IMG/VR virus record: IMGVR_UViG_3300042894_002308
Location: 32,001-96,000 of that record
DNA from: a virus
DNA: 64,000 nucleotides
Direction: 5' to 3' (one strand)
Shown here: positions 51,184 to 61,286 of the stretch, one piece after another
How the letters are laid out: each line of letters opens with the position of its first letter
Position numbering within the stretch: position 1 is the first letter of the stretch
Position numbers and translations under genes: made by a program
The notes under the pieces: model-generated
What the model was told of the DNA's origin: nothing
Databases searched by the model: none
The model's input: only the letters and a program-made list of their open reading frames with translations

Positions 51184-52226
51184 TCTTCATCCTTTGACAT
51201 TGCGGCATTATATGCTGAGTTTATAATATCAGCAAGCACATTTTTATTAATTGATTTTTCTGTAACCGTATCAATCTCTTCATGAAGTAACTGTAGCGTA
51301 TCTTTATGAATGTCAACAGCCACTATATCAGGGTTTGCTGTTACATCTTCTGTAACGGCTAACTCTGCTACTCCTGCTTCATAGAACTTGTCCAAGTACT
51401 TTTCAAAGGCAGGACCTTTAGTTCGGTTCTTAATAAAAATCTTAACATAAGTATCTTTAAACTTTGAGTATTCTAATTTTTCTGGGTTGGTTTCATCGTA
51501 GTCAAACGTATAGAAAAGCTTTTTTGGATTCTCAATAAATTCAAGCGTTCTTGCTGCAAAATCAAATACATGAAACCCTTTGGCTTCCCAAACGTCCGAG
51601 AAAGCCATTTGGTACTGAGATCCCAGGTAATGTATATTATCCCGGCTAGATTTAATATGATAATGCCCAGTAAGAACATATTCAAATTTGTCAAAATGTT
51701 TTGGGTCATAGCCATGCTCAATAAATATACCACGAATACTCTGAAAACCACACAACTCTAAATGTCCTAATAATAGAGAGCATGTTGTGTTAGTAATAAA
51801 CTCCGCTGACTGAATCTCATTCTCTGGGTTGATCCAAGGCAATAACGCCACACAACCAGCAGATGTTTGAATCTCTGTTGGTTCTGAATGAATCTCCCAG
51901 TTTGAATATTGTTGTGCAATTTCTTGTAAAGAATTTACGGTGTTGTTATTCTTATAATAGGTATCATGATTACCACATATGGCAATACACTTTACGCCAA
52001 GTTCTTGTAGTGGTTCAAAGAACCTTGTACGAACCTGTTGAAGAGTCTTAAAATTAATATATTTTCTACGATCAAAGACATCACCTAGGTGAAAGATGGT
52101 CTTGATGTCGTTGTCTCTAATATATGGAAATAACTGTCCCTCAAAGAAGGACATGAAGTATTCCAAGACTATTGGGGAATCTGCTTTATACCCAAAGTGG
52201 GTATCGTTAAGAATAACTGCTTTCAT
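51180..52226 (-). CDS. Mre11/SbcD-like nuclease (gp47)
   Basis: Motifs DTHFG, HLGDVFD, GNHD and GHYH. Confidence 0.96.
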   Translation of the reverse strand: MKAVILNDTHFGYKADSPIVLEYFMSFFEGQLFPYIRDNDIKTIFHLGDVFDRRKYINFKTLQQVRTRFFEPLQELGVKCIAICGNHDTYYKNNNTVNSLQEIAQQYSNWEIHSEPTEIQTSAGCVALLPWINPENEIQSAEFITNTTCSLLLGHLELCGFQSIRGIFIEHGYDPKHFDKFEYVLTGHYHIKSSRDNIHYLGSQYQMAFSDVWEAKGFHVFDFAARTLEFIENPKKLFYTFDYDETNPEKLEYSKFKDTYVKIFIKNRTKGPAFEKYLDKFYEAGVAELAVTEDVTANPDIVAVDIHKDTLQLLHEEIDTVTEKSINKNVLADIINSAYNAAMSKDED

Positions 52227-52795
52227 ATATCTAATACGTCTTTTTTACTTTTTCTTTTCTTTTTTACTTTAAGTTGTTTAGGCGGATTTAACATATCATC
52301 AAAACGTACCATGTCAAGATCTGTTAAACCAAAGAAATCTCTTCTACCAATATCAATACCAGCATAAGTTTCATTAAACCAATTATGAAAGTCTTTGTCA
52401 TTTTTCTGTTCAGCAAATTTATATTGAACATATTTTTCTTTCTTTTCTTTGTTTATTATACGAACAAAAGAAAACCAGCAGATTTGGGTCAAATAACCAA
52501 AAGGGCTGCTGGACTTTGCTGGATCAAAATTTCCAATATATGTTATGCAATTTAATACTGCATCTGATACCATTTCTTCTCTATATGGATAGTTTGCAAA
52601 ATTTGGTCTATATGATAATCTTGATGCTATTTTAAGTACACATTCGCCTATGAAATCTGGAAGTTTGGGTTTCTTACGACCTGCATTTTCAGCATCATTT
52701 GACTTTTTACGATAATCAACTAAAGCATTATATAAATCAGAATTACTTACGTAATCTGCATCTGATGCTTTTTTTTTCTTGGATGGGTTTTTCAC
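52223..52795 (-). CDS. Late-transcription sigma factor (gp55)
   Basis: YVSN, IGEC..KIA..LS.RPNF.NY.YREEMVSDA, NFDP.KS..PF.Y.TQI. Confidence 0.95.
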   Translation of the reverse strand: MKNPSKKKKASDADYVSNSDLYNALVDYRKKSNDAENAGRKKPKLPDFIGECVLKIASRLSYRPNFANYPYREEMVSDAVLNCITYIGNFDPAKSSSPFGYLTQICWFSFVRIINKEKKEKYVQYKFAEQKNDKDFHNWFNETYAGIDIGRRDFFGLTDLDMVRFDDMLNPPKQLKVKKKRKSKKDVLDI

Positions 52796-52801
52796 ATTAA
52801 T

Positions 52802-52829
52802 ACTTTACTACATTATAAAGACTAATCAA
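52802..52829 (-). promoter_or_regulatory. sigma70-like promoter TTGATT-N16-TAAAGT, 6 nt before the gp55 GTG
   Basis: Weaker hexamers, but the same geometry as the other early promoters. Confidence 0.5.
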
Positions 52830-53809
52830 GCTTTATTTTTTAATTTATCTAACCAATAATCTACCATTTCATCCATCATATCATTAAAAGTAATTTTAGG
52901 ACTCCATCCTAACTTTATTTTGGCTTTGGTAGAATCACCTCTAAGGTAATGCAATTCTTCTGGACGATGATATTTTTGTGCATTGTCTACGTATAGATTA
53001 ACATCCAAATTAACACGATCAAAAACATAATTAACCATTTCTCTAACTGATCTGGTTTCTCCAGTTGCTAAAACATAATTGTCAGCAACATCTTCTTGTA
53101 ACATCATCCACATTCCCTCAATATAATCTTTTGCGTGACCCCAATCACGTTTAGCATCAAGATTTCCTAAAAATAACTTTTTTGACAATCCTAGTTTAAT
53201 TTTTGCTGCTTCTAATGCAACTTTATTAGTAACAAAGTTAATTCCTCTACGAGGAGATTCGTGATTAAAAAGAATACCAGAACTAATAAAAAGTCCGTAT
53301 GACTGTGAATAGTTACGACAAAGAGTATGTGCATATAATTTAGAACAACCATATGGACTTACGGGTACGAGTGGTGTGGTCTCTCGTTGAAAGCCATCAC
53401 TATCTACTGAATTGCCAAACATTTCTGATGTTGCTGCATGATAAACTTTAGAATGTGGTGAAAAACGTCTTACTGCTTCTAAAACAGCTAATGTACCACC
53501 GCCATTTACATCTAAAGTATATTGTGGTAGATCAAAAGAAATTTGAACATGTGATTGTGCTGCCAAATGATATATTTCATTTGGTTGTAGTTTATTAATA
53601 ACAGTTTCAATACTAATTGGATCCGTTAAATCTGCATAATGTAGAGTAATTAAATCTTCATCATGCAAATGTTGAATACGCGTTGTTTGAGATTCTGGTA
53701 CAGAATTTCTTCTGATTGTTCCGTGAACTGTGTAATTTTTTTTAATTAAAAACTCAGCAAGATAAGAAGCATCTTGACCATTTGCACCGATAATTAAAGC
53801 TGTTTTCAT
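52826..53809 (-). CDS. gmd: GDP-mannose 4,6-dehydratase
   Basis: Motifs GANGQDASYL, LAAQSHV, SEMFG, SPYGCSK, FNHESPRRG and RDWGHA. Confidence 0.95.
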   Translation of the reverse strand: MKTALIIGANGQDASYLAEFLIKKNYTVHGTIRRNSVPESQTTRIQHLHDEDLITLHYADLTDPISIETVINKLQPNEIYHLAAQSHVQISFDLPQYTLDVNGGGTLAVLEAVRRFSPHSKVYHAATSEMFGNSVDSDGFQRETTPLVPVSPYGCSKLYAHTLCRNYSQSYGLFISSGILFNHESPRRGINFVTNKVALEAAKIKLGLSKKLFLGNLDAKRDWGHAKDYIEGMWMMLQEDVADNYVLATGETRSVREMVNYVFDRVNLDVNLYVDNAQKYHRPEELHYLRGDSTKAKIKLGWSPKITFNDMMDEMVDYWLDKLKNKA

Positions 53810-53810
53810 A

Positions 53811-54965
53811 TTAATTTATATTCCTGTTAACAATATTACAAATATAATCTATTTCTTCATCAGTCATATCCGGATTATTAGGTAAATATAATCCATTATC
53901 ATGAATAATATCAGAAAAAGGATATGTTTTTTTACCATACACTGTATAATAAAATGGCTGTCTTGACATAGATCCACAAACCAATGGACGACATTCTACA
54001 TTATTTTTATTTAAATCTTTTACTATTAAATTTTTATTTAGATGTATTATAGGGTAAGCAAAATTGCTTATAAAATTTGAAAAATCAATTTTCCAATATG
54101 AGTTAGAAATATTTTTGTGATATCTTAAAAAATTAGAATATCGTTTTTGATTTTTTTCTTCTAATGTTTTTAACTGTGATAGACCTATATAAGCCTGAAG
54201 ATCTGTTGATCTTAAATTAAAACCAGGATAATAAAAAGTATAAAGATTTGTAAAATCATCTACATCAAATTTTTCTTTTAAGTTATTTTGTGTTTCTTTA
54301 CACAAATCACGACTCCATCCATGAGATCGTATTGATTTTAAAATTTCATACGTTTCAAAATCATTTGTAGAAACTAAACCACCTTCTATGGTTGAAAAAT
54401 GATGACCATAGTACGTTGAAAAAGAAGACATTAAACCAAATGTTCCAGTTTTTTTATCACCATACATTGATCCAACACTTTCACACGAATCTTCTATTAA
54501 GATCACATCATATTTTTCACAAATTTCAACAATCTCTTTCATTTTATTTGGAAAACCTAAAACATGAACTAAAATAACACAAGAAGGATTTTCTTTTTTG
54601 CATATCTCTTCTAAATGATTTGGATCTAAACCTAAAGTTTCTTTATCGGTATCACAAAGAATTAATTCCATACCTAATTGCATTATAGGTGTAATCGTCG
54701 TTACCCAGGAAACACACGGAGCAACAATTTTATTATTTTTTAATTTGTTTGAGACTTTTAACGCCTGAAACATTGCTAAATTGGCTGAAGAACCAGAATT
54801 AACAAAAACAGAGTATTTGACACCTAGCCACTTAGACCAAGCCTCTTCAAATTCTTCTGTTAATTTTCCTTTTGTTAGTTGTGGGTAGGTTTTTAACCAT
54901 AGACACAAATCATCTATTTCATTATTTCTAATAGTATCTTTAACTAATTTGATTGGAAGATTCAT
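53811..54965 (-). CDS. PLP-dependent GDP-4-keto-6-deoxymannose 3-dehydratase (ColD-like, DegT family)
   Basis: VNSGSSAN and EDSCES; SFSTYYGHHFSTIEGG has His in place of the Schiff-base Lys; adjacent to gmd. Confidence 0.8.
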   Translation of the reverse strand: MNLPIKLVKDTIRNNEIDDLCLWLKTYPQLTKGKLTEEFEEAWSKWLGVKYSVFVNSGSSANLAMFQALKVSNKLKNNKIVAPCVSWVTTITPIMQLGMELILCDTDKETLGLDPNHLEEICKKENPSCVILVHVLGFPNKMKEIVEICEKYDVILIEDSCESVGSMYGDKKTGTFGLMSSFSTYYGHHFSTIEGGLVSTNDFETYEILKSIRSHGWSRDLCKETQNNLKEKFDVDDFTNLYTFYYPGFNLRSTDLQAYIGLSQLKTLEEKNQKRYSNFLRYHKNISNSYWKIDFSNFISNFAYPIIHLNKNLIVKDLNKNNVECRPLVCGSMSRQPFYYTVYGKKTYPFSDIIHDNGLYLPNNPDMTDEEIDYICNIVNRNIN

Positions 54966-55311
54966 CACTTATACCTTTATAAATTTTAACAGAATTTTCT
55001 AAAAGTGATTTTTCATTTAAAATGCACTGATCGATCATTGTATTTATTGCCTGTATATATGTCGGACGTTTTTGTTTAAAACAAATATCAATTTTTCTTT
55101 TAATATTTGCCAATTCTTCATCTGTTTTTGCTACACCAGCCATATCTTCTAAAAACCACGTTCTTATATGTAAAATACAAAGTTTTTCTATAACTTCTCC
55201 CAAATTATCAGTAAATACATATTCATTTGGTAATTCAGGAAGAGACTGACTCAATAATGTTTTTTGTACTGTTTCTTTTATGATGTTTTCGATTTCAATT
55301 GCAGTTCTCAT
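54940..55311 (-). CDS. DUF4254-like helical protein of sugar clusters
   Basis: GEVIEKLCILHIRTWFLED...R...IQAIN. Confidence 0.6.
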   Translation of the reverse strand: MRTAIEIENIIKETVQKTLLSQSLPELPNEYVFTDNLGEVIEKLCILHIRTWFLEDMAGVAKTDEELANIKRKIDICFKQKRPTYIQAINTMIDQCILNEKSLLENSVKIYKGISDESSNQIS

Positions 55312-56066
55312 AGTGTGTTATTCATTTCTTTGGTTAGTATATCTAATAGCTGACTTTCCGTCCAATCAATTTTTGTTTTATTGTAAAATACATTTTTTCT
55401 ATAAATGGATTCTTTATCTATATTTTCAGTAACATAATCATTATAGTTCATTCCAAAATTATTATATAATTTTTTAATAAAACTGTTTATAAAAATTGTA
55501 TTACCTGTACCTATAATAGAATCTGTTTTTTGAGTTAGTGCTTGGTTTACAACAAAACTAGGATGTAGTAATTCTCTATAAAAATGTGTATCTCCTATTT
55601 CTATTTTATTTTTAAATCTTATTGAGTCTATAATTTTTCCAAAAAGAAATGGAGGTAGTCTATATATTGAATTAAAATTAAAAGGATACATAATTCTTAC
55701 ATTACTGTAATGTGTTTTCAAGTATGCTGTGATATTTTCTTTAGAAAAAATGTAATCAGAATAATGATAATTAATTGGCGTATCTAGGCTTATTGCTCCA
55801 TTACAATTATTCCAAAGTTCAGCTGTTGAAAAATATATTATATGATTGGCTTTTAGTTTTTTTATTATACTTTTGGTATAATCTACATTTATTTTATAAA
55901 AGGAATCATCATTATTTTTATAAGTTTTTTGTTCTGCAAAACACAAATATACAGAATCCCAAGTAGTATCAAATATATTGGATTCAATATTTCGAGAAGA
56001 TATCTTTACCATATCGGTAGGAAAATAATGAGCTAATTGAGATGTATTTCCTATAACTAAATTCAT
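55308..56066 (-). CDS. Divergent NAD-dependent epimerase/reductase (SDR); candidate ColC-like reductase
   Basis: LVIGNTSQL, YFSTAE, YIFSK (YxxxK) and YPFNFNS. Confidence 0.6.
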   Translation of the reverse strand: MNLVIGNTSQLAHYFPTDMVKISSRNIESNIFDTTWDSVYLCFAEQKTYKNNDDSFYKINVDYTKSIIKKLKANHIIYFSTAELWNNCNGAISLDTPINYHYSDYIFSKENITAYLKTHYSNVRIMYPFNFNSIYRLPPFLFGKIIDSIRFKNKIEIGDTHFYRELLHPSFVVNQALTQKTDSIIGTGNTIFINSFIKKLYNNFGMNYNDYVTENIDKESIYRKNVFYNKTKIDWTESQLLDILTKEMNNTL

Positions 56067-56956
56067 AAAAATTTTTTGATTTCTTGTTCTATTATATCAT
56101 ACATAGAATCAAAAGCAAAATTATTTGACCATATTTGTTCTGCACCAAGTAGATTATGTTCTTTCATATCTATCCAATGTGCATCTTCATAAAGTTTGGT
56201 AAATCCTATAAGTTTTTTATTTGCATTTAATAAATTTGTTTTTGTAAAACAACAACAATATGGTCCACTACCTCTACCAACTATAATATCACAGTGGGTA
56301 GAAAGATATGAGATTTCATTTAAATCATTACCAGTGCTTTGAATGATATCAGAAGTATATTTAATATTTTCTAATATTATTTTATTAGAATTATCAGTTA
56401 ATAAAAACATACAATTTGTGTATTTTTTTGCTAATCTATCAATTATTATATTCATATCAAAATTTATAGATTGACCAGAAAGAACATTTCCATTACAAAC
56501 TAGTATTTTTTTTATATGTAAATTTTCTGCAATAAAAGTATCAATGGATTTAGTATTATATAAATTAAAATTTATCTCAGGAACATAAAAAAATGGACTC
56601 TCTATTTTTATATTCAATAATTCATACATATTTGTATATTTTTGATAATTTCCATTTAAACAACATCCACCATTAAATAAATATTTTCTCTCTGATGAAC
56701 CTATCCATGTATTAATTAATACATTGGTTTGATCAACCAATAATTCATGTTCCATACAATGATACAAGTTGTAATCTGAAAATTCTATTTCATTAATATC
56801 TTGAAATATTTTTTTATTACAATTAGTTGAATATGTATATGGAGCAGTAGCATTAATTTTTATTATAATATCTTTTATAAATTCTCTTGAATAATGAATA
56901 TCGCCATAATGACCCATATTATGGAATATAATTTTTTTATTATCTATGTTAGACAT
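56063..56956 (-). CDS. Putative GT-B glycosyltransferase-like protein
   Basis: GHYGDIH near the N-terminus and CDIIVGRGSGP near the C-terminus (GT9-like signatures); sugar-cluster context. Confidence 0.5.
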   Translation of the reverse strand: MSNIDNKKIIFHNMGHYGDIHYSREFIKDIIIKINATAPYTYSTNCNKKIFQDINEIEFSDYNLYHCMEHELLVDQTNVLINTWIGSSERKYLFNGGCCLNGNYQKYTNMYELLNIKIESPFFYVPEINFNLYNTKSIDTFIAENLHIKKILVCNGNVLSGQSINFDMNIIIDRLAKKYTNCMFLLTDNSNKIILENIKYTSDIIQSTGNDLNEISYLSTHCDIIVGRGSGPYCCCFTKTNLLNANKKLIGFTKLYEDAHWIDMKEHNLLGAEQIWSNNFAFDSMYDIIEQEIKKFL

Positions 56957-57902
56957 TTAAATTTTCCTTTATGATAGTTTCTAGTCTTTTTGAGTAGTTG
57001 ATAGCGTATTTTTTTGCTTCATTAAAATTATGTTCTATAACTACTTGTTTATCCAAATAATAGGATTTCAAATCAATAGAATTTATTTTATTCAAAAAGT
57101 CATTTTCATTCTCAAAGATAATAAAACCATCTAAATCAAAATAATCACCTATATTTGGACATCCCCAGTATATAGGTACAGTTTTGGTAATTAAACAATC
57201 TATTAATTTTTCACTAAAATAATTTTTTTCTTGAGAATTTTCTATTATTATAGAAAATTTTGATTTAAATAATTCCATTTTATCATCATTTGGTAAGATA
57301 CCATCATGTTCATCATGTAACTTCCACTGTAAATGAGTATTACTATAGTAAAATAATGATTTCATATTAATATTTTGTTTAAGGTTCCAGATTTTTTTTC
57401 TTAATCTGTAACCCTCAACCATTTCTAATGCACGTTGACTTTTATTTGTTATTAAAAAACTAATAGTATTATCTTTTACGATAGAAAATCCATCAAAATT
57501 ATCATCAATATAACCCAAATAAGTTGTATCACCAAGATGTTTATTTAACCATGTTGTCCCATATAAAAATAATTTAGAATTAGGTAATAATTTTAAAAGA
57601 TCTTGATTAGATGTTAGTATCAAATCATAAAAAGAAGAAAATAGTATAATATCATTATCTATTTCTTTCATATAACATACTTTGGGTTCGCTAGAATCAA
57701 CATACACTTTAAAACTAGGTGAAGTATTGGGATACTCAGCATCTATAATAAATGTATTATCAATACTATTAGAATAATTTTTTAATATATGTTGGGGGTT
57801 ATTATTCTTTAAAAATCGTGTTACATGTATTTCAACGGATCGATCAAAATCCATTAATTCTGGCTTCAATAAATGTTCAGCATTATAAATTTTAGGTATC
57901 AT
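56949..57902 (-). CDS. GT10 (alpha-1,3-fucosyltransferase-like)
   Basis: FSIIIENS..KNYFSEKLIDCL...TVPIYWG. Confidence 0.85.
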   Translation of the reverse strand: MIPKIYNAEHLLKPELMDFDRSVEIHVTRFLKNNNPQHILKNYSNSIDNTFIIDAEYPNTSPSFKVYVDSSEPKVCYMKEIDNDIILFSSFYDLILTSNQDLLKLLPNSKLFLYGTTWLNKHLGDTTYLGYIDDNFDGFSIVKDNTISFLITNKSQRALEMVEGYRLRKKIWNLKQNINMKSLFYYSNTHLQWKLHDEHDGILPNDDKMELFKSKFSIIIENSQEKNYFSEKLIDCLITKTVPIYWGCPNIGDYFDLDGFIIFENENDFLNKINSIDLKSYYLDKQVVIEHNFNEAKKYAINYSKRLETIIKENLNV

Positions 57903-58722
57903 TGTATATTTCTTTTTCTATTTGTTCAAAAAGACAGTCATCAGCAATTTTATGATTTAAACACAGTTCATAGTTCTCTTTAATAGCATCCATTTTTGAC
58001 CAATAGTATTCTGGAGATAGTTTATTAATATCAAAATTATCATCTAATATTATAATCCCATCTTTATTGAATATGGTATCTATATCAGGAGCACCATAAT
58101 AAATTGGTATTGTACCTGTAGCAAAGCAATCCATAATTTTTTCTGTGTAATAGGTAGAATATTTTCCATTTTCTATTACTATAGAATAGTAATAATCATT
58201 TAATACGTCTTCTTTTTTTATAAATGGATTAAACAATCTACCATAATAATCTATTAGGTAATTTTTTGATTTAAATTCTTCCATTTTTTTATTTCTAAAA
58301 TTATGTCCCTCTGTTATGGTTTTACCAGAAGAAATCATAGAAATTAATTTATTTTTTTTATGTATTTGTTTATCTATAACCCAAGTCTGATTTGAGGCTG
58401 GAGGTATGTATTCAAAAATATCATCTAGTAACAAATAATCCCTATCATGAATAAAGATTTTTTTATAAACACCTTTTAAATCTCTATAATTATTTTTAAT
58501 AAATTCATACTGCTTATAAGATATACTTTTAGATTCACATAACCATAAAAATTTATTAATAGAAGTACTAGATATTCCTCCAAGAATATCATAGTCTTGA
58601 TACACCTCAATACCCGAATCAGTTTTATTATTGTGTACCCATACAAACTTAGTTGGATTCAAATATCCACATGATGATGGTGCATGTGTAAATGGACTAC
58701 CAAATGAAGAAATTTTTATCAT
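57892..58722 (-). CDS. GT10 (alpha-1,3-fucosyltransferase-like), second copy
   Basis: YSIVIENG...YYTEKIMDCF.TGTIPIYYG. Confidence 0.85.
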   Translation of the reverse strand: MIKISSFGSPFTHAPSSCGYLNPTKFVWVHNNKTDSGIEVYQDYDILGGISSTSINKFLWLCESKSISYKQYEFIKNNYRDLKGVYKKIFIHDRDYLLLDDIFEYIPPASNQTWVIDKQIHKKNKLISMISSGKTITEGHNFRNKKMEEFKSKNYLIDYYGRLFNPFIKKEDVLNDYYYSIVIENGKYSTYYTEKIMDCFATGTIPIYYGAPDIDTIFNKDGIIILDDNFDINKLSPEYYWSKMDAIKENYELCLNHKIADDCLFEQIEKEIYNDT

Positions 58723-58723
58723 T

Positions 58724-59335
58724 TTAATAAGCTTTTATATACAAGGCATCACCCCAAGTATATCCATCCCACGCAGTAACTTCTCTTTTAAACCCATAAT
58801 TATTTAAAAAAGAATCTATTTCTTCTACCATAGGACAATTTTTATATAATTCTGCACGATTTACTTCGCATAAAATATAATCTACTTTAAGTAGTATGTC
58901 TGTAGATCCTTTTAATACTTCTAATTCATATCCCTGTACATCCAATGTCAGTAAAGTATAATTAAATGATTTATTAGTAAAATATTCATTTAATGTGATA
59001 ACCTCTACCTGTTCTGTTCCAGTAAATTTTATTCCAGGATATTGCACACAGTGTAATTGTGGTTCAAGTAGTGAACTAGATTGACCATCGTTTACTTGTT
59101 CTGTATGCATAGTCATAATACCACTAGAAGACCCTAAGGCTTTATTCTCAATAGTAAGATTTGGCATTGAACCAAGTTTATTAAAAAGTTTGTTATATAC
59201 TTCTTTTTGTGGTTCAAACATTAAAATATTTTCAGATAATTTTTTTAATGTTTCGTACTCATTTCCATGATGTGCACCAATCTGAATAATTCCAGATATA
59301 GGTTTTGTAATATATTTTGTAATATCAAATAGCAT
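58724..59335 (-). CDS. FkbM-family methyltransferase
   Basis: IQIGAHHG, FEP and LDVQGYELEVLKG; start ATG 59335 overlaps the upstream TAA. Confidence 0.9.
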   Translation of the reverse strand: MLFDITKYITKPISGIIQIGAHHGNEYETLKKLSENILMFEPQKEVYNKLFNKLGSMPNLTIENKALGSSSGIMTMHTEQVNDGQSSSLLEPQLHCVQYPGIKFTGTEQVEVITLNEYFTNKSFNYTLLTLDVQGYELEVLKGSTDILLKVDYILCEVNRAELYKNCPMVEEIDSFLNNYGFKREVTAWDGYTWGDALYIKAY

Positions 59336-60123
59336 TATATTATAATCCAATCTTTGCAATAAATATCTGACCAATTTTTTGGCATATTTGGTTCTGCACC
59401 GAACCATTTACTAGGAGCAATAACTTGTTTACTTTCACTCAACCATGCTCCCCACCAACTAAATGAACTATTTGCAATTATATGATAATCACACATAGTC
59501 ATTAAACACATATCAATATTTTCATTTTTTGTATCGGGAATACAAAAAGGTCTTTTTAAATCTTTAAAAAGTTCTGCTGCTTTTTCATTATCATCACTAA
59601 TAATAAAAAGAAAAGCATTATCTGGAATTTTATTTAAAGCCTCCTGGTAATATTCCATCGTACATACTGGATGATTATCTGGCAAATTTAAATAATCACC
59701 TAACCGTATATGCAATGAGACTGCTAATTTTTTACCAATTTGTCTTATTGTGTCTGCTTTATTTTTTATTTCTGCAGTAAATTCAAATTCTTTTAATAAA
59801 TCTTGTCTATAATCAATAAAATATTTTTCACTTTGAAAATATCCAATTATATCTGTATTATCTGCAATACCAAATATACCTGCATTATATGTAAAATTAC
59901 GTTCTTGAGCTCTATGAATATTTTTAATTCCTGAGCTATCTTTTGCAGTCAAATTTAAAAAAGCACTATCTAAATACAAATTTAAATATGAATTATCAGA
60001 TTTTGTCTTATAAGGAATACCAAATTCATATCCACGAGTTTTAGCAATAGAAAATAATGTTGCATATTGAAACATTTGGTTTCCCATTCTACCATATTTT
60101 CCTAACATGTTAAATGTTATCAT
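59335..60123 (-). CDS. GT11 (alpha-1,2-fucosyl/colitosyltransferase-like)
   Basis: Motifs GRMGNQMFQYA, GYFQSEKYF, HIRLGDY and IANSSFSWWGAWL. Confidence 0.93.
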   Translation of the reverse strand: MITFNMLGKYGRMGNQMFQYATLFSIAKTRGYEFGIPYKTKSDNSYLNLYLDSAFLNLTAKDSSGIKNIHRAQERNFTYNAGIFGIADNTDIIGYFQSEKYFIDYRQDLLKEFEFTAEIKNKADTIRQIGKKLAVSLHIRLGDYLNLPDNHPVCTMEYYQEALNKIPDNAFLFIISDDNEKAAELFKDLKRPFCIPDTKNENIDMCLMTMCDYHIIANSSFSWWGAWLSESKQVIAPSKWFGAEPNMPKNWSDIYCKDWIII

Positions 60124-60755
60124 TGAAAAATAAAATTCCTATTGTGTAAAGGTTTGTCAGTCAATGATTGCCATTTATTGGCACTATCACGATCATTAGA
60201 TTGATATATAAGTGGAACATTTGGTGTATAAACTTTATACTGGTATTGTATTGCGGCTGTACCGATGTCCCATGGTTTATCTAATGTATATAAACAATGC
60301 CGACCAACCGCAGCCATCTGTTGCCGAAATAGTGGGGTAACATATAAAATAGCATGTGCAGCTAAAATCCCACCAATTCGTAAATAATTTTCATGAAGTT
60401 GATTAGTATTATAATGCATATTACCATGCGAAATTCCCAAATATACTCCATCAGAATCATCTGGAATTTCAATAATAGGATTAAAATTTTCCATAAACTC
60501 AATATCATCTTCTAAAACTAGAAGTGGTGATGAATATCTTATATCTTCCAATATATCGATATGAGATTGCCCACAACCCCTATAATGTGCAATAGATATG
60601 TCTGTGTTCGGTGGTGAAGGAATAACTAAACCAGATTTTCTATGAGTATTTTTAAACTCATATTTTTCAAATCTTTGTTTCATGATTTCTGCATTTTTTG
60701 TTGCAGAATCTAAATTAATCCATACGACTGGAATTTCACGTAAATCAATAATCAT
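60120..60755 (-). CDS. GT25-like glycosyltransferase
   Basis: Motifs VWINLD, GCGQSH, LVLEDD and AHAILY. Confidence 0.75.
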   Translation of the reverse strand: MIIDLREIPVVWINLDSATKNAEIMKQRFEKYEFKNTHRKSGLVIPSPPNTDISIAHYRGCGQSHIDILEDIRYSSPLLVLEDDIEFMENFNPIIEIPDDSDGVYLGISHGNMHYNTNQLHENYLRIGGILAAHAILYVTPLFRQQMAAVGRHCLYTLDKPWDIGTAAIQYQYKVYTPNVPLIYQSNDRDSANKWQSLTDKPLHNRNFIFQ

Positions 60756-60769
60756 AAGACCTCACAATA

Positions 60770-60834
60770 AATATAATACATCATATAAAGATGTCAAGTT
60801 ATTTAGTTGACTTTTTTCTAAAGTACATTATACT
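60770..60834. promoter_or_regulatory. Divergent sigma70-like promoters: minus TTGACA-N16-TATATT (60797-60770, sugar operon) and plus TTGACT-N16-TATACT (60807-60834, uvsY)
   Basis: Motif matches in the intergenic region. Confidence 0.75.
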
Positions 60835-60841
60835 TTATCAA

Positions 60842-61279
60842 ATGAATTTAGAAGACCTTAAGAATAATATTACTAAAGATTCCCAAATAGACTCTACAGA
60901 ATTAGGTGTAGAGGCTCTTAAGATACCTCAAATACACGCCAAGTATCTTAATATGCTTACAGACTTTAAATTGCTTTTGACCAAGCATCAGAATGATTAT
61001 GCAATTCAAAGATTGCGTAAATGGAAAATTTTGACTGGTAAGGCTTCAAAAGAAGAATTAGAAGCATGGGGAGAAGAACCATTTGATTTGGATCTACTTA
61101 AGACTGATGTAGAAAAGTTTATTGACGGTGATCCAAAGATGGTAGACTTAAAGTCTAGGGTGGCTGTTAATGAGATTAAGGTAAAAATGGTGGAAGAATT
61201 TTTAAAAGCCATTAATAATCGAAACTTCAACATCAAGTCTGCCATTGACTGGCAAAAAATGATGAATGGCATAGTATAA
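60842..61279 (+). CDS. uvsY: Recombination mediator
   Basis: IPQIHAKYL...R.FNIKSAIDW; start placed at ATG 60842. Confidence 0.9.
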   Translation: MNLEDLKNNITKDSQIDSTELGVEALKIPQIHAKYLNMLTDFKLLLTKHQNDYAIQRLRKWKILTGKASKEELEAWGEEPFDLDLLKTDVEKFIDGDPKMVDLKSRVAVNEIKVKMVEEFLKAINNRNFNIKSAIDWQKMMNGIV

Positions 61280-61282
61280 ATA
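61275..61282 (+). promoter_or_regulatory. Late promoter TATAAATA, 4 nt before the uvsW GTG
   Basis: Exact consensus. Confidence 0.75.
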
Positions 61283-61286
61283 TTAT

